The notes beneath the pieces are model-generated. The model was not told the DNA's origin. It saw nothing but the letters and a program-made list of their open reading frames with translations, and did no database searches. A stretch of DNA of 64,000 nucleotides from Negaprion brevirostris (taxonomy: Eukaryota). The position numbers and the translations under genes are program-made. The stretch is taken from the NCBI GenBank assembly GCA_030324005.1, contig JARDVH010000115.1:41696734-41760733 (forward strand), written 5' to 3'. Below are positions 53,809 to 64,000 of this stretch, piece by piece (positions within the stretch are counted from its first letter, which is position 1; every line of letters starts with the position of its first letter).

Positions 53809-54071
53809 TAGTATCTTCAACTTATTTATGGAATGCTAAATGTGTTCTCCTAGTGCCAATAAAATGCATTTTGTTAGCGATCCCAATTGACTTCCCTCAT
53901 TAATTTGCTCTTGACTGAATAATGAAAGTGACCTAATTACTTAGGTTTGATATTTGTCTCTCCTCTGCATTTCCATACCACCCCAAGCCCATAAATTAGA
54001 GATGCTTTGTATTAAGAAGTCTTAATTAAATAACTAAATAATGCCGATATTGAAAAAATAATTGGAGCACT

Positions 54072-54908
54072 GTGGTAAGACCACACTTGGAATACTGTGT
54101 ACAGTTCTGGTCACCTTATTATAGAAGGGATATTATTAAACTAGAAAGAGTGCAGAAAAAAATTACTTGGATGCTACCAGGACTGGATGGATTTAGTTAT
54201 GAGGAGAGGCTAGATAGACTGGGACTTTTTCCTTTGGAGCATAGGAGGCTTACGAATGGTCTTATAGAGGTCTACAAAATAATGAGGGGCAGGGATAGCT
54301 AGATAGTCAATACCTTTTACCAAAAATAAGGGAGTCTAAAGCTAGAGGGCGTAGGCTTAAGCTAAGAGGGGAGAGATACAAAAGGGTCCAGAGAGGCAAT
54401 TTTTTTCATATAGACTGGTAAACATCTGGAACAAGCTGCCAAAGGTGGTGGTAGAGGTGAGTACAATTTTGTCTTCTAAAAACTGTTTAGACAATTATAT
54501 GAATAACATGGCTATTGAGCAGAAGGCCTTTGACAAGGTACCTCACAAGAGGTTATTGCAGAAGGTAAGGGGGCATGTAGTTGGGGGGTAGGGTGTTAGC
54601 GTGGATAGAGGANNNNNNNNNNNNNNNNNNNNNNNNNNNNNNNNNNNNNNNNNNNNNNNNNNNNNNNNNNNNNNNNNNNNNNNNNNNNNNNNNNNNNNNN
54701 NNNNNNNNNNNNATCAGCCATGAGCTTATTGAATGGCGGGGCAGGCTCGAAGGGCTAGATGGCCTACTCCTGCTCCTATTTCTTATGTTATGTTCTTAAT
54801 ATGGGCCAAATGCAGGCAATTGGGACTAGCTTAGTTGTTTTTTTTTAAACAAAAGGCATGGACAAGTTGGGCTGAAGGGCCTGTTTCTGTGTTGTAAACC
54901 TTTATGAC
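54072..54908 (+). mobile_element. CR1 3' end with a second CR1 nested at ~54520-54797
   Basis: VRPHLEYCVQFWSPYYRRDIIKLERVQ; inner QKAFDKVPHKRLL and separate tail. Confidence 0.9.
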
Positions 54909-55337
54909 ACTTCCATTGTGGATTTCTTGATAACTCGGTGCTGCTTAAGCTGGTGGCCATGTTTCAGCCCCCAGAGCTATTCTGTGCTGGCTTCTGCTGT
55001 GTTGCATTAAATGGATCCATTTAGACCAAGTTATTTAATGTAGCTTTTTAATGTCAGGGAGAAGTTTGGGTTATATGTTGGAAAAAAGTGTTTTTTTTTC
55101 CCTACACACCTTTCTTGTATCAGCCATTCAAGGTGACCTTGACGGTTGTGCAGAATTGCAGTACAGACTCCTATGATTTCACCCTGGAGATTGAGAAGCA
55201 GAGGCGTTAGTCATAAAATTATCACAAAAAATGGATAAACATGGTGTCAGCAGATGTGCTCATTTTCATCAGTTTTCACATGCTGTAATAATAAAATGAA
55301 GAATTTGTGAGCTGACCATTATTTTCTTGTTTTTTAG

Positions 55338-55432
55338 AGAAAATCACTCTTGGCTTTGGAAAAAGAAGATGAGGAAGAAAGGAATAAAACCATTGAGAGT
55401 TTGAAAACCGCACTAAGAACACAACCAATGAG
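55338..55432 (+). CDS. DAAM1: DAAM1 coding exon 4 (RKSLLALEKEDEEERNKTIESLKTALRTQPM-R)
   Basis: ttttag acceptor; 95 nt; ends AG|gcaatt, a GC donor required for phase with the next exon. Confidence 0.93.
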
Positions 55433-55916
55433 GCAATTTTATTTTTGATCTATAATTGTGTGATTGTGTATTAAATAAATAATTCAGAACTTTAAATTGA
55501 ATTAGTTGCAGTTGATTTTTATAACATGCTCTTGTGGATAAAATGCTTATTTAGGCTCTTAATTTGCTCTGTTCAATTTGTGTTGGCTGGTCAGTATAAG
55601 GAGTACAAAGCTTTTCGAAGGTGACTTTTGTTATTTCGTTTGACTAAGATCGCTGTATCATGAAAACTGAAAAATTACATTATGCTGTTAGGAACCTCCA
55701 TTTAAACTACTTAATTGCTTAAAATTATCTGAAAATGAATAGTACACCACCTCCCCCCCCCCCCCCCAACCCAAAAGCATAGTTTTTCCTGTTGCAAGTA
55801 AGTTTATTAACTGTTCATCTAGAAAGACACAAGTCTATTGTGTGTTTTAAGTTATAAAGTACCAACTGGATTATGTAATTTGCTTTTTTTGAATTTGATG
55901 TTCTTCTGTTTGACAG

Positions 55917-56250
55917 GTTTGTTACCCGGTTCATTGACTTGGATGGGTTAACATGCATTCTGAACTTTCTGAAAAGTATGGACTATGAAACATCAGAATC
56001 TCGAATACATACCTCACTAATAGGCTGCATTAAGGCATTAATGAACAACTCTCAGGGCAGGGCTCATGTTTTGGCTCATGTAGAGAGTATTAATGTAATA
56101 GCTCAAAGTCTTACAACAGAAAATATAAAGACTAAAGTAGCAGTCCTGGAAATTTTGGGTGCTGTCTGTTTGGTGCCAGGTGGTCACAAGAAGGTATTGG
56201 AGGCAATGCTGCACTACCAGAAATTTGCAAGTGAAAGAACACGCTTCCAG
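55917..56250 (+). CDS. DAAM1: DAAM1 coding exon 5 ([10 protein letters not shown]...ERTRFQ, GBD/FH3)
   Basis: ORF 55939..56373 contains [25 protein letters not shown]...GGHKKVL; gacag acceptor, gtacag donor; 334 nt. Confidence 0.97.
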
Positions 56251-58057
56251 GTACAGTTTGTGCACAAGTTGTACATTTTCATTTTGCAGTTCAAGTCAAA
56301 TGGAATTAAGGCAATGCTAAATCATTTAAAGATCTGCACACCCACCGTTAAAATAATTGAGGAATATGGTTAAGTCCGTTTCTCCTGACTTCCTGCAAAA
56401 AACCATCTGTCTAATTGCTTTTCAACTTTGTCGCCAGCCAATTGGAGCAGGGACATTTTATTCAGATATAATGCAGACTGATCAAAATGTGACAAATGTG
56501 CTGTTTATTATTATTTTACCTCTAGATCCCTTAACTTCGTAAATATAAAGCCTTTTATTACCAGATTGCGATTTGTGTAGTTTCTATGAATGGAAGTAAT
56601 TTGTGAGTTTTTATTCACCACTTCACAAATTACTTTTTAAAAAAAGTAAATGATACGTTTTGCTTGAAATTTCAGTCTGACTTTCTAGTTCTGTAATTTA
56701 GATATTGAAGACATAGTTGTTCTTTTGTTTTTAATACATTATTGTACCACGTGCTAATGTGAATACATAAATATGCCAGGTAAGAATCTACTCATGCTTC
56801 CAACAGGGTCCATCTGGTATTTAACTTTTCTACTTTAAATTATACCTTTACGAAAATTTGCCTTTATGAATTTTTCTCCATCAACTTTCCTGATCTGACC
56901 ATTCAATAGATTGTTTTGTAATTCTTATAAAGTTAAAAATGTCAATGTTGAAAAGTGACTTTGGACAATCGAATGAAGGGCCTAAGTGAGGAGCACTTGC
57001 TATCTAGTGCAAAAATATTTTTCAGAATCTCATCAAAAAAATGCCTTGTGGGAGCAAGTATGATTTGTACCTACATGATCAGGAAAGTCAGATGTATCAG
57101 GTTGCGTAAAGAACCTTTATTTACATCTATCTACAGGCAGAGAGCTGTGTGAAGAGACCAGGTTTGCCATCTCTTTTGCCGATTCAAACCTGGCAATTCT
57201 TTACTCCATACTAAGTAGAGCTGGATATGACGGGATCAGCTGGGATGAGGAAAGACACATTGCCTTGTTGACTTTGTACATCGGCATAAAAGCATGAATA
57301 ATCAGTGGCAGATGTGTGGTATTCTCAATTGTAATGACATCTAGTTTATGAAACAAATTTGATATTTCCATATCAAGATTCTGACACTTTATGGATTCCA
57401 AGGGGCAACTATTGCTCTTCCAAATTCCCTAATCAGGATTAGTCACACATTAGTAAATTGAAAAGGAACAAACAATGTTAATAATTCATTGATATGAAGC
57501 AACACCTCAGAAGATCAGCACAATATTAAAATTCATTTTAAGAGATTGAAAAAGAGATAATTGATCATATGTGCTGTAATTTTCTCTTTATTAAAGCCTC
57601 AGTATATATTTTACAGTGACCTACTCAACATCAATATTCAGATATTTTTTCATGTAATACAAAGGTAATGAAATGATTTGGGGAAATGTTTTAGACAGAC
57701 TGGACAGGATTCTTTGGCCTCCCTATAATATGTTTCTTGTGGCAGGAAGTGGATTTCTCATTGACTGCACCCTGTGGAGGGTATATGCTATCTGTGGAAC
57801 TAGAAGGTTCCATCAGCACGAACAACTGGAGAATTCTGGACAATTTGTTGATCAGAATTTAGATTTTTGATTGAATTGCAATCCCTCAGGAATGATAGAA
57901 TTTGCTTTTCAATTTGAGATTACCACAGAAAAAGTAAAAACACTAGATACCTCAGTAATAGAAACTGGAAGTGGTTTTGTCACTTTTCAGTGTATTTTCT
58001 TGTCCCATACTATATTGTTTTCTTATCAAATTGTGTGGTTCATGTTCTCTCCTTCAG

Positions 58058-58168
58058 ACATTAGTCAATGACTTGGACAGAAATACAGGAAGATACAAGG
58101 ATGAAGTGAACCTAAAAACTGCTGTCATGTCTTTCATTAATGCTGTCCTAAGTCAAGGGTCAGGAGAG
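58058..58168 (+). CDS. DAAM1: DAAM1 coding exon 6 (TLVNDLDR...SQGSGE)
   Basis: ttcag acceptor, gtaagt donor, 111 nt. Confidence 0.96.
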
Positions 58169-58221
58169 GTAAGTAATTTCATCTCGATTGTTCAGGGGGT
58201 TGATATTTCATGCATTCGTAG

Positions 58222-59325
58222 ATGTTGACAGCACAGGAGGAGGTCATTCTGCCCATTGTGTCCACATTGGTAAACAAAGATCTGATTACACTATTCCCAA
58301 TTTCCAGCACTTGGTCCATAGCCCTGGAGGTTACAGCAATGCAAGAGAATATCTAAATACTACTTAAATGTTATGAGAGTTTTTATCTCAACACCCTTTT
58401 AAACAGTGAGTTCCAGACTCCCACCACCCTCTGGGTAAAAAAGTTTCTCTTCCACTCACCTCTTACAGTTATAGCTCTCACCTTAACTCTATGCTTCCTG
58501 CTCATTAAACCCTCTACTAATGGAAAAAATGCATTCCTACTCATCCTACCTATGCCCCTCATAATCTTGTATAATTATCAGGTCTCCTCTCGACCCTTGG
58601 TACTCAAAGAAAATCAGTTCCAACCTATCCAATCTTTCCACATAGCTCAGGCCCCCCAACCCAGCCAGCACCCTAGTAAATCTCTTCTGCACCTTCTCCA
58701 GTGCAATCATATCCTTCCTATAATGTGGTGACCAGAACTATACACAGTACTCCAGCTGTGACCTAACCAGTGTTTTACATAGTTCCAACATGAGCTCCCT
58801 GCTCATGTATTCTTTGCCTTGGCTAATAAGTGCAAATATCCCATTGCCTTATCTACCTGCCCTGCTACCTTCAACGATCTGTGGATGTGCATTCCAGTGT
58901 CTCTCTAATGTTTGCACTTTGGGGTACTACGATTGAGTATAATCCTTTGCCCTGTTAGCCCTCCCCAAGTGGAATGCCTCATGGATTTCCAGGTTGAATT
59001 CCATTTGCCACTGCTCTACCCACCTGACCAGTCTATAGATATCCTCCTGCAGTCTATGGGTATCCTCCTCACTATTTACCAACCTATCAATTTTCATGAC
59101 ATTCACTAACTTCTTGCATACCCATCATATTTAAGTGATAACAAATAACAAAGGCCCTGAAACAGAACCCCACTGGAAACATACTTCCAATTATAGAAAC
59201 ATCCATTACCATTGCTCTCAGCTTCTTGTCTCTCGGCCAATTTGCCTTGGTTCCCATGGACCTCTACTTTTCTGACCAGTCTGCCATGAGCAACCTTATC
59301 AAAGCCTTACTAAAGTCCATGCCTA
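58222..59325 (-). mobile_element. Degraded CR1 LINE
   Basis: Reverse complement of LEYCV-FWSPHYRKD around 58710-58760; similar to 28872-29995. Confidence 0.85.
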
Positions 59326-59498
59326 TTGTGCACCAACTTATCTGAGTGCAGCGTAAAATTACTTGTTATTGACTGATTCCACATTTAATACCATCACCAA
59401 GTTCCTTCCCACCCCACCCAATTAACAATTTAGATTTTTAAACCTTTATCCATGGAGAAAGGAAAATCTGTTGTTACAGCACTGTTTCATTTCAATAG

Positions 59499-59602
59499 GA
59501 AAGTTTGGATTTTAGAGTACATCTTCGATACGAATTTTTGATGTTAGGTATTCAACCCGTTATTGACAAATTACNNNNNNNNNNNNNNNNNNNNNNNNNN
59601 NN
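59499..59602 (+). CDS. DAAM1: DAAM1 coding exon 7 (ESLDFRVHLRYEFLMLGIQPVIDKL...), 3' end hidden in N run
   Basis: aatag acceptor; sequence visible to 59574; end 59602 inferred from the homologous missing residues (REHENSTLD-R) and phase. Confidence 0.88.
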
Positions 59603-59684
59603 NNNNNNNNNNNNNNNNNTTCAAAAAGTAAAATTGAAACAATTTTCTTGTGCCATTCTTGTACTAATTTTAATTATTTGATAG

Positions 59685-59751
59685 GCATTTGGATTTCTTT
59701 GAGATGCTAAGAAATGAGGACGAATTGGAATTAGCAAAAAGATTTGATATG
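59685..59751 (+). CDS. DAAM1: DAAM1 coding exon 8 (HLDFFEMLRNEDELELAKRFDM)
   Basis: gatag acceptor, gtgagt donor, 67 nt. Confidence 0.96.
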
Positions 59752-59851
59752 GTGAGTAGATGAGTTGCTGTCTGTGTTGTATGCAGTTTCAAAGTATGAA
59801 AATGAATACAAAGTTTGCCCTGTTAACTTATGACTGAACATATTACTTCAG

Positions 59852-59969
59852 GTCCACATTGACACGAAGAGTGCCACCCAGTTGTTTGAACTGGTTAAGA
59901 AAAAGATCAGCTATACAGATGCATACCCGCACTTTATGTCAATTCTCCATCATTGTCTCCAAATGCCAT
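59852..59969 (+). CDS. DAAM1: DAAM1 coding exon 9 ([10 protein letters not shown]...HHCLQMP)
   Basis: ttcag acceptor, gtgagt donor, 118 nt. Confidence 0.96.
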
Positions 59970-61129
59970 GTGAGTATTGTTTTTATTTTGCAAACTGTTC
60001 ATTTTTTTTTCAGTTGAAGAGTGTGAGGGGATTTTTTGGGGGCATCCCTCTGATGCCATGTATTGAGCTGAACTCAGCTAACACAGACTCATGAAAGACA
60101 GTATGCAGATAAAGCCATTCTTTATTGAGCAAAACGCATTGGGAGAGAGACAGCTGGAGGAACCCAACTTCTCTCTGTTACGGAACATGTGGAAAACAGA
60201 TATATCTTTTCGAAGATTTTGTTTCTCCCACCCAACTTGTCACCCACGCTGGATGACCCAATTACGTTAGTACACAGTATTTACGTTGGCCAATAGCATT
60301 CTACCTTGTAACAGAATTAGAAATTCATTGAACTCGGGCAGGTCCAAGGCTGTTCCTAATCACCTGCAAATCATGGGAACAGAGAGTCATTTCTTGGCTA
60401 GCTACATCTCTTCAGTAGAAGCTGAATACTCCATTCATTTTAAAACCTTGGTTGCTTGCAGCTGCATGGTCTCCTACTAATAATATCCTATACCTTATTA
60501 TTTCCAAAGAATGTGGCCTGTCTAATTCTTCTCATTTCCCGTTATGCTCTAGGGCAGGCTGCATCTTGGCCAATGCTTATAAGACATTTGAAAATACATT
60601 TTAAATCTACAGTACTATTTCAAAATTCTCTACCAGTGATTATTGTCTGCATAGACACTATACCTTTGCATGATATATAGGCTAGTCTACTTTGTTGTAA
60701 TAGTCTTAAATCCCAGGGGTTTCTCTGCTTCTAAAAAGAGTAAATAAAATGCAAGGAAGCATAAAACTTGATCTGAAAATATGGTCAACCCATTAAATTA
60801 GTGACATTTTTGAAATATGTTTAAAATTAAATGACATGGTTTATTCCCCACATTTAATCTACTTGAACAGTACCAACTTTTTCATTGTAACGATGTGCAT
60901 CCATAATGCTGTTGGATACCTAATCTTTTTCTCAACTGATTGTACTCATGCAGAAGCCTCAATAATATAACTATTCAAGTTTATGTTGTGGATTTATTTT
61001 TAAGTAGTACACTCTCACTTTTCTTTGTTCATAGAATTTTCATTGAATACTATTTCAACTGATTTGTGAATTCTGCTCCTGATTTCATTCCACTTTAATA
61101 GTTACCTCCTTTTCAATACCCTCCCCCAG

Positions 61130-61268
61130 ATAAGCGAAGTGGAAACACTGTACAGTATTGGCTACTACTGGATCGAGTATTGCAGCAGATAGTTTTACAG
61201 AATGATAAAGGGCATGATCCTGACGTTACACCTCTGGAAAACTTCAATGTGAAGAATGTTGTTAGAAT
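61130..61268 (+). CDS. DAAM1: DAAM1 coding exon 10 ([16 protein letters not shown]...NVVRM)
   Basis: ccccag acceptor, gtaagt donor, 139 nt. Confidence 0.96.
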
Positions 61269-61412
61269 GTAAGTCTGCGTCCCTGTAGTGTTTTCGTTTT
61301 AGGATTACAGCATTAGAACATTTTATTTGTGAAGAATTTTACTTAAGAATATTATGTTCTTACTGTGTGCTGAAACTTTGTGACTTTTTAAATCGCTGTT
61401 CAATGTAAATAG

Positions 61413-61471
61413 GTTGGTTAATGAAAATGAAGTCAAACAATGGAAGGAACAGGCAGAAAAAATGCGAAAAG
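61413..61471 (+). CDS. DAAM1: DAAM1 coding exon 11 (LVNENEVKQWKEQAEKMRK)
   Basis: aatag acceptor, gtacga donor, 59 nt. Confidence 0.95.
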
Positions 61472-62085
61472 GTACGATCATTATTCGCTTGAGAAATTTA
61501 GTGTTTTTAACTTTTTTTTGGCTCTGGGTATTCGGTGATCTGAATAGCTTTAAATGTAATTCTGCTTCCCCCACCAAACTTTCTTATTCGCTTAAAGGTG
61601 CTGACTGTTACTCAATCTGCTATTTTATAGGCATCAATATCCCCCAATAACTTCAAGAGTTATTCTTCATGCAGAAATTTAGACTGTGAACAGGAGTGGA
61701 CATCATGTAGGTCCTTACAGCTAATGTGATATGCATGCATGCTCTTTATCAATCCTTCAGCAGCAGTCAGTGAATAGCAACCACAAGCACAACCCCATGA
61801 CTGACTATTCTCTTCCTATCTGTATCTCAAGGCTGTTGAGGATAAGTGTGACCCTGTAAAATCTGCACTATCTAAGATCAACTAACCTTGAACAGAACAG
61901 GATTTGAATCTGGGATCCTCTATGGGTTTTTTTTTCTGGTAGGGCTTGGGTTTTTTAATCTAGTTTTGGCAAGCAACACCAAACATTATTTTAATAAAAT
62001 CTAATTAATGGGAGCTATTGTTTCTATGAGGGAGTGTGGTTTTTTTTGCTGATCAATAATCTAAAAAGATTTCTTTTGATTATAG

Positions 62086-62273
62086 AGCACAATGAGCTAC
62101 AGCAAAAACTGGAGAAAAAAGAACGGGAATGTGAAGCTAAGACGCAGGAAAAGGAGGAGATGATGCAAACACTGAATAAAATGAAAGAAAAACTGGAAAG
62201 GGAATCTCAGGAGCATAAAGCTGCCAAGAAACAGGCAGCTGATCTTATGGCCCAGATCCAGGATCTAAGCCAT
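62086..62273 (+). CDS. DAAM1: DAAM1 coding exon 12 (coiled coil [16 protein letters not shown]...DLSH)
   Basis: tatag acceptor; 188 nt; probable GC donor CAT|gcaagt gives phase 0 into the next exon. Confidence 0.92.
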
Positions 62274-62530
62274 GCAAGTTTCTACATGTAGTTATGCATG
62301 TTTTACCACTTGTTAAATGTAAACAGTACCACATTTGGTACTTTAGCTAATTGTAGTACACAGTTGAAAAGCCATATATATATTACATTTGGCCCTAGAG
62401 ATAAGATGTTGAGAACATTAATATATTGATTAGTATACTACAGTTGACCACAGAAGTGTTTGGAATTCAGTGTTAAAATATGGACAGCTCTTTGTCTAAT
62501 GTTTTCTTTGCAATTTTGCTTGAATTTTAG

Positions 62531-62845
62531 AGAGCAAGTTATTCTGGAGTTCATGGTGGCCCCCTTTCAACGCCTGGAGCCCCTGGTGGACCACTACCAC
62601 CTTCTGACCTTCCTNNNNNNNNNNNNNNNNNNNNNNNNNNNNNNNNNNNNNNNNNNNNNNNNNNNNNNNNNNNNNNNNNNNNNNNNNCACCCCCACCCCC
62701 AGGTGGACCCCCTCCACCTCCAGGCCTGGCATTCTTGGGTGGTGTACAACCTCCTGGAGCCCCCTTGGGTCAAGGATTGAAGAAGAAAAATATTCCACAA
62801 CCAGGAAATGCTTTAAAATCCTTCAACTGGTCCAAGTTACCAGAG
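62531..62845 (+). CDS. DAAM1: DAAM1 coding exon 13 (proline-rich FH1 and FH2 start, ...LKSFNWSKLPE)
   Basis: ttttag acceptor, gtgagt donor; 315 nt; frame is preserved across the N run 62615-62687. Confidence 0.93.
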
Positions 62846-63169
62846 GTGAGTTATGCACGATTAATGTGATAAGAAACAGTAGGATATGCCATTTTTGGTT
62901 TAAATCTTGTCTAAAATTGTTTTATTTACTTTGACTGAATTTAGAGTTTATTGAGCTGTTAAGAGTAATTAATCTTCCCAATATTTCCGATTTTAAAATA
63001 AGGCTTAAATATGTGTACAATTACATGATCGATATTCGTCCACAAATTGGAAATGTTATAAGAAACAGCAAGTTCATTTAATTTGAGGTCTGTTTTATAA
63101 TTTCTGCACAATGGTAATCTGCATTTTGAAACTTTCTTATAAATTTAAAACATAAATTGCTTTTTGTAG

Positions 63170-63277
63170 GACAAAATTAAGGCAACGATCTGGGATAAAA
63201 TTGATGATTTGAATGTTTTCAAAGTACTTGACTTGGAAGACATAGAGAAGACATTTTCTGCTTACCAAAGGCAACAG
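63170..63277 (+). CDS. DAAM1: DAAM1 coding exon 14 (FH2; DKIKATIWDKIDD...FSAYQRQQ)
   Basis: tgtag acceptor, gtaact donor, 108 nt; gene continues beyond the window. Confidence 0.96.
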
Positions 63278-63505
63278 GTAACTAAAATGAATGAAGTTCC
63301 GAAGCAGGAACAAGTGATCAATGAATTATTCAATTTTATTTGGTTATCTTGCTTTGTTTCTCCATATTGGATTACTATGAAATATGTACTATCTATCTTT
63401 TAGCAATGGAACAGTACATTACTTGAATTCAGTAATGTTTAGCAGTTAAGCTAACATGCTTGGTTTAGTGATAGATGGACCAATTATTCAGCATGTTTCT
63501 AATAG

Positions 63506-63810
63506 TTACAGAATCCCTACAGTACAGAAGGAGGCCATCTGGCCCATTGTGTCTGCACTGACAACAATCCCAACACCACCTATTCCCGTAACCCCACATA
63601 TTTCTCTATTAACGCCGCTGACATTAGGGGGCATTTTTGTTTAAGCGTGGCCAATCCACCTAACCTGTGCATCTTTGGAATGTGGAAGGAATCCAGATCA
63701 CCAAGAGAAAATCCACGCCGACATGGGGAGATTGTGTAAACTCCACACAGTCACCTGAAGCTGAAATTGAACCTTGGCCCATGGCAGTGTGAGGCAGTAG
63801 TGCCCCTTCT
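63506..63810 (-). mobile_element. HE1-like SINE
   Basis: agaatccctacagtacagaaggaggccat...gtggccaatccacctaacctgtgcatctttgga...ggcagtgtgaggcagtagtgc. Confidence 0.88.
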
Positions 63811-64000
63811 GTTGTATCCACAGAAATGTGGCAGTATCAGCAAAATGATCTAAATTTTGTTTAGAATGCATATCAGAAAGGACAGTTAGCAAATCAATAT
63901 TGTGATACTGTGACAATTACCAATGTAGCACTGAAGCAGAGGAGATTCAACAGGCATGAGGGTGTAATGGCCTACTTCTACTACACGGTGTTCAGTGGAA

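Overview
AT-rich, repeat-dense vertebrate genomic DNA, almost certainly from a shark or other elasmobranch (HE1-type SINEs, abundant CR1/L2 LINEs, Penelope-like hairpins). The only real protein-coding gene is the formin DAAM1 on the + strand. Fourteen coding exons can be traced from the ATG at 20592 to 63277, covering GBD/FH3, coiled coil, FH1 and the start of FH2, and the gene continues past the window. Two of its introns appear to use GC donors. The remaining ORF-track entries are TE remnants or noise. Items worth a second look: an element headed by the 5' end of U2 snRNA (~3770-4018, minus strand), an RPS14 processed pseudogene with poly(A) and TSD inside a Rex1/Babar LINE, palindromic Penelope-like inserts with decayed hammerhead cores, and a duplicated segment with a micro-inversion. 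No prokaryote-style system (CRISPR, operon) is present. TE family names come from motif recognition only, and TE boundaries are approximate.
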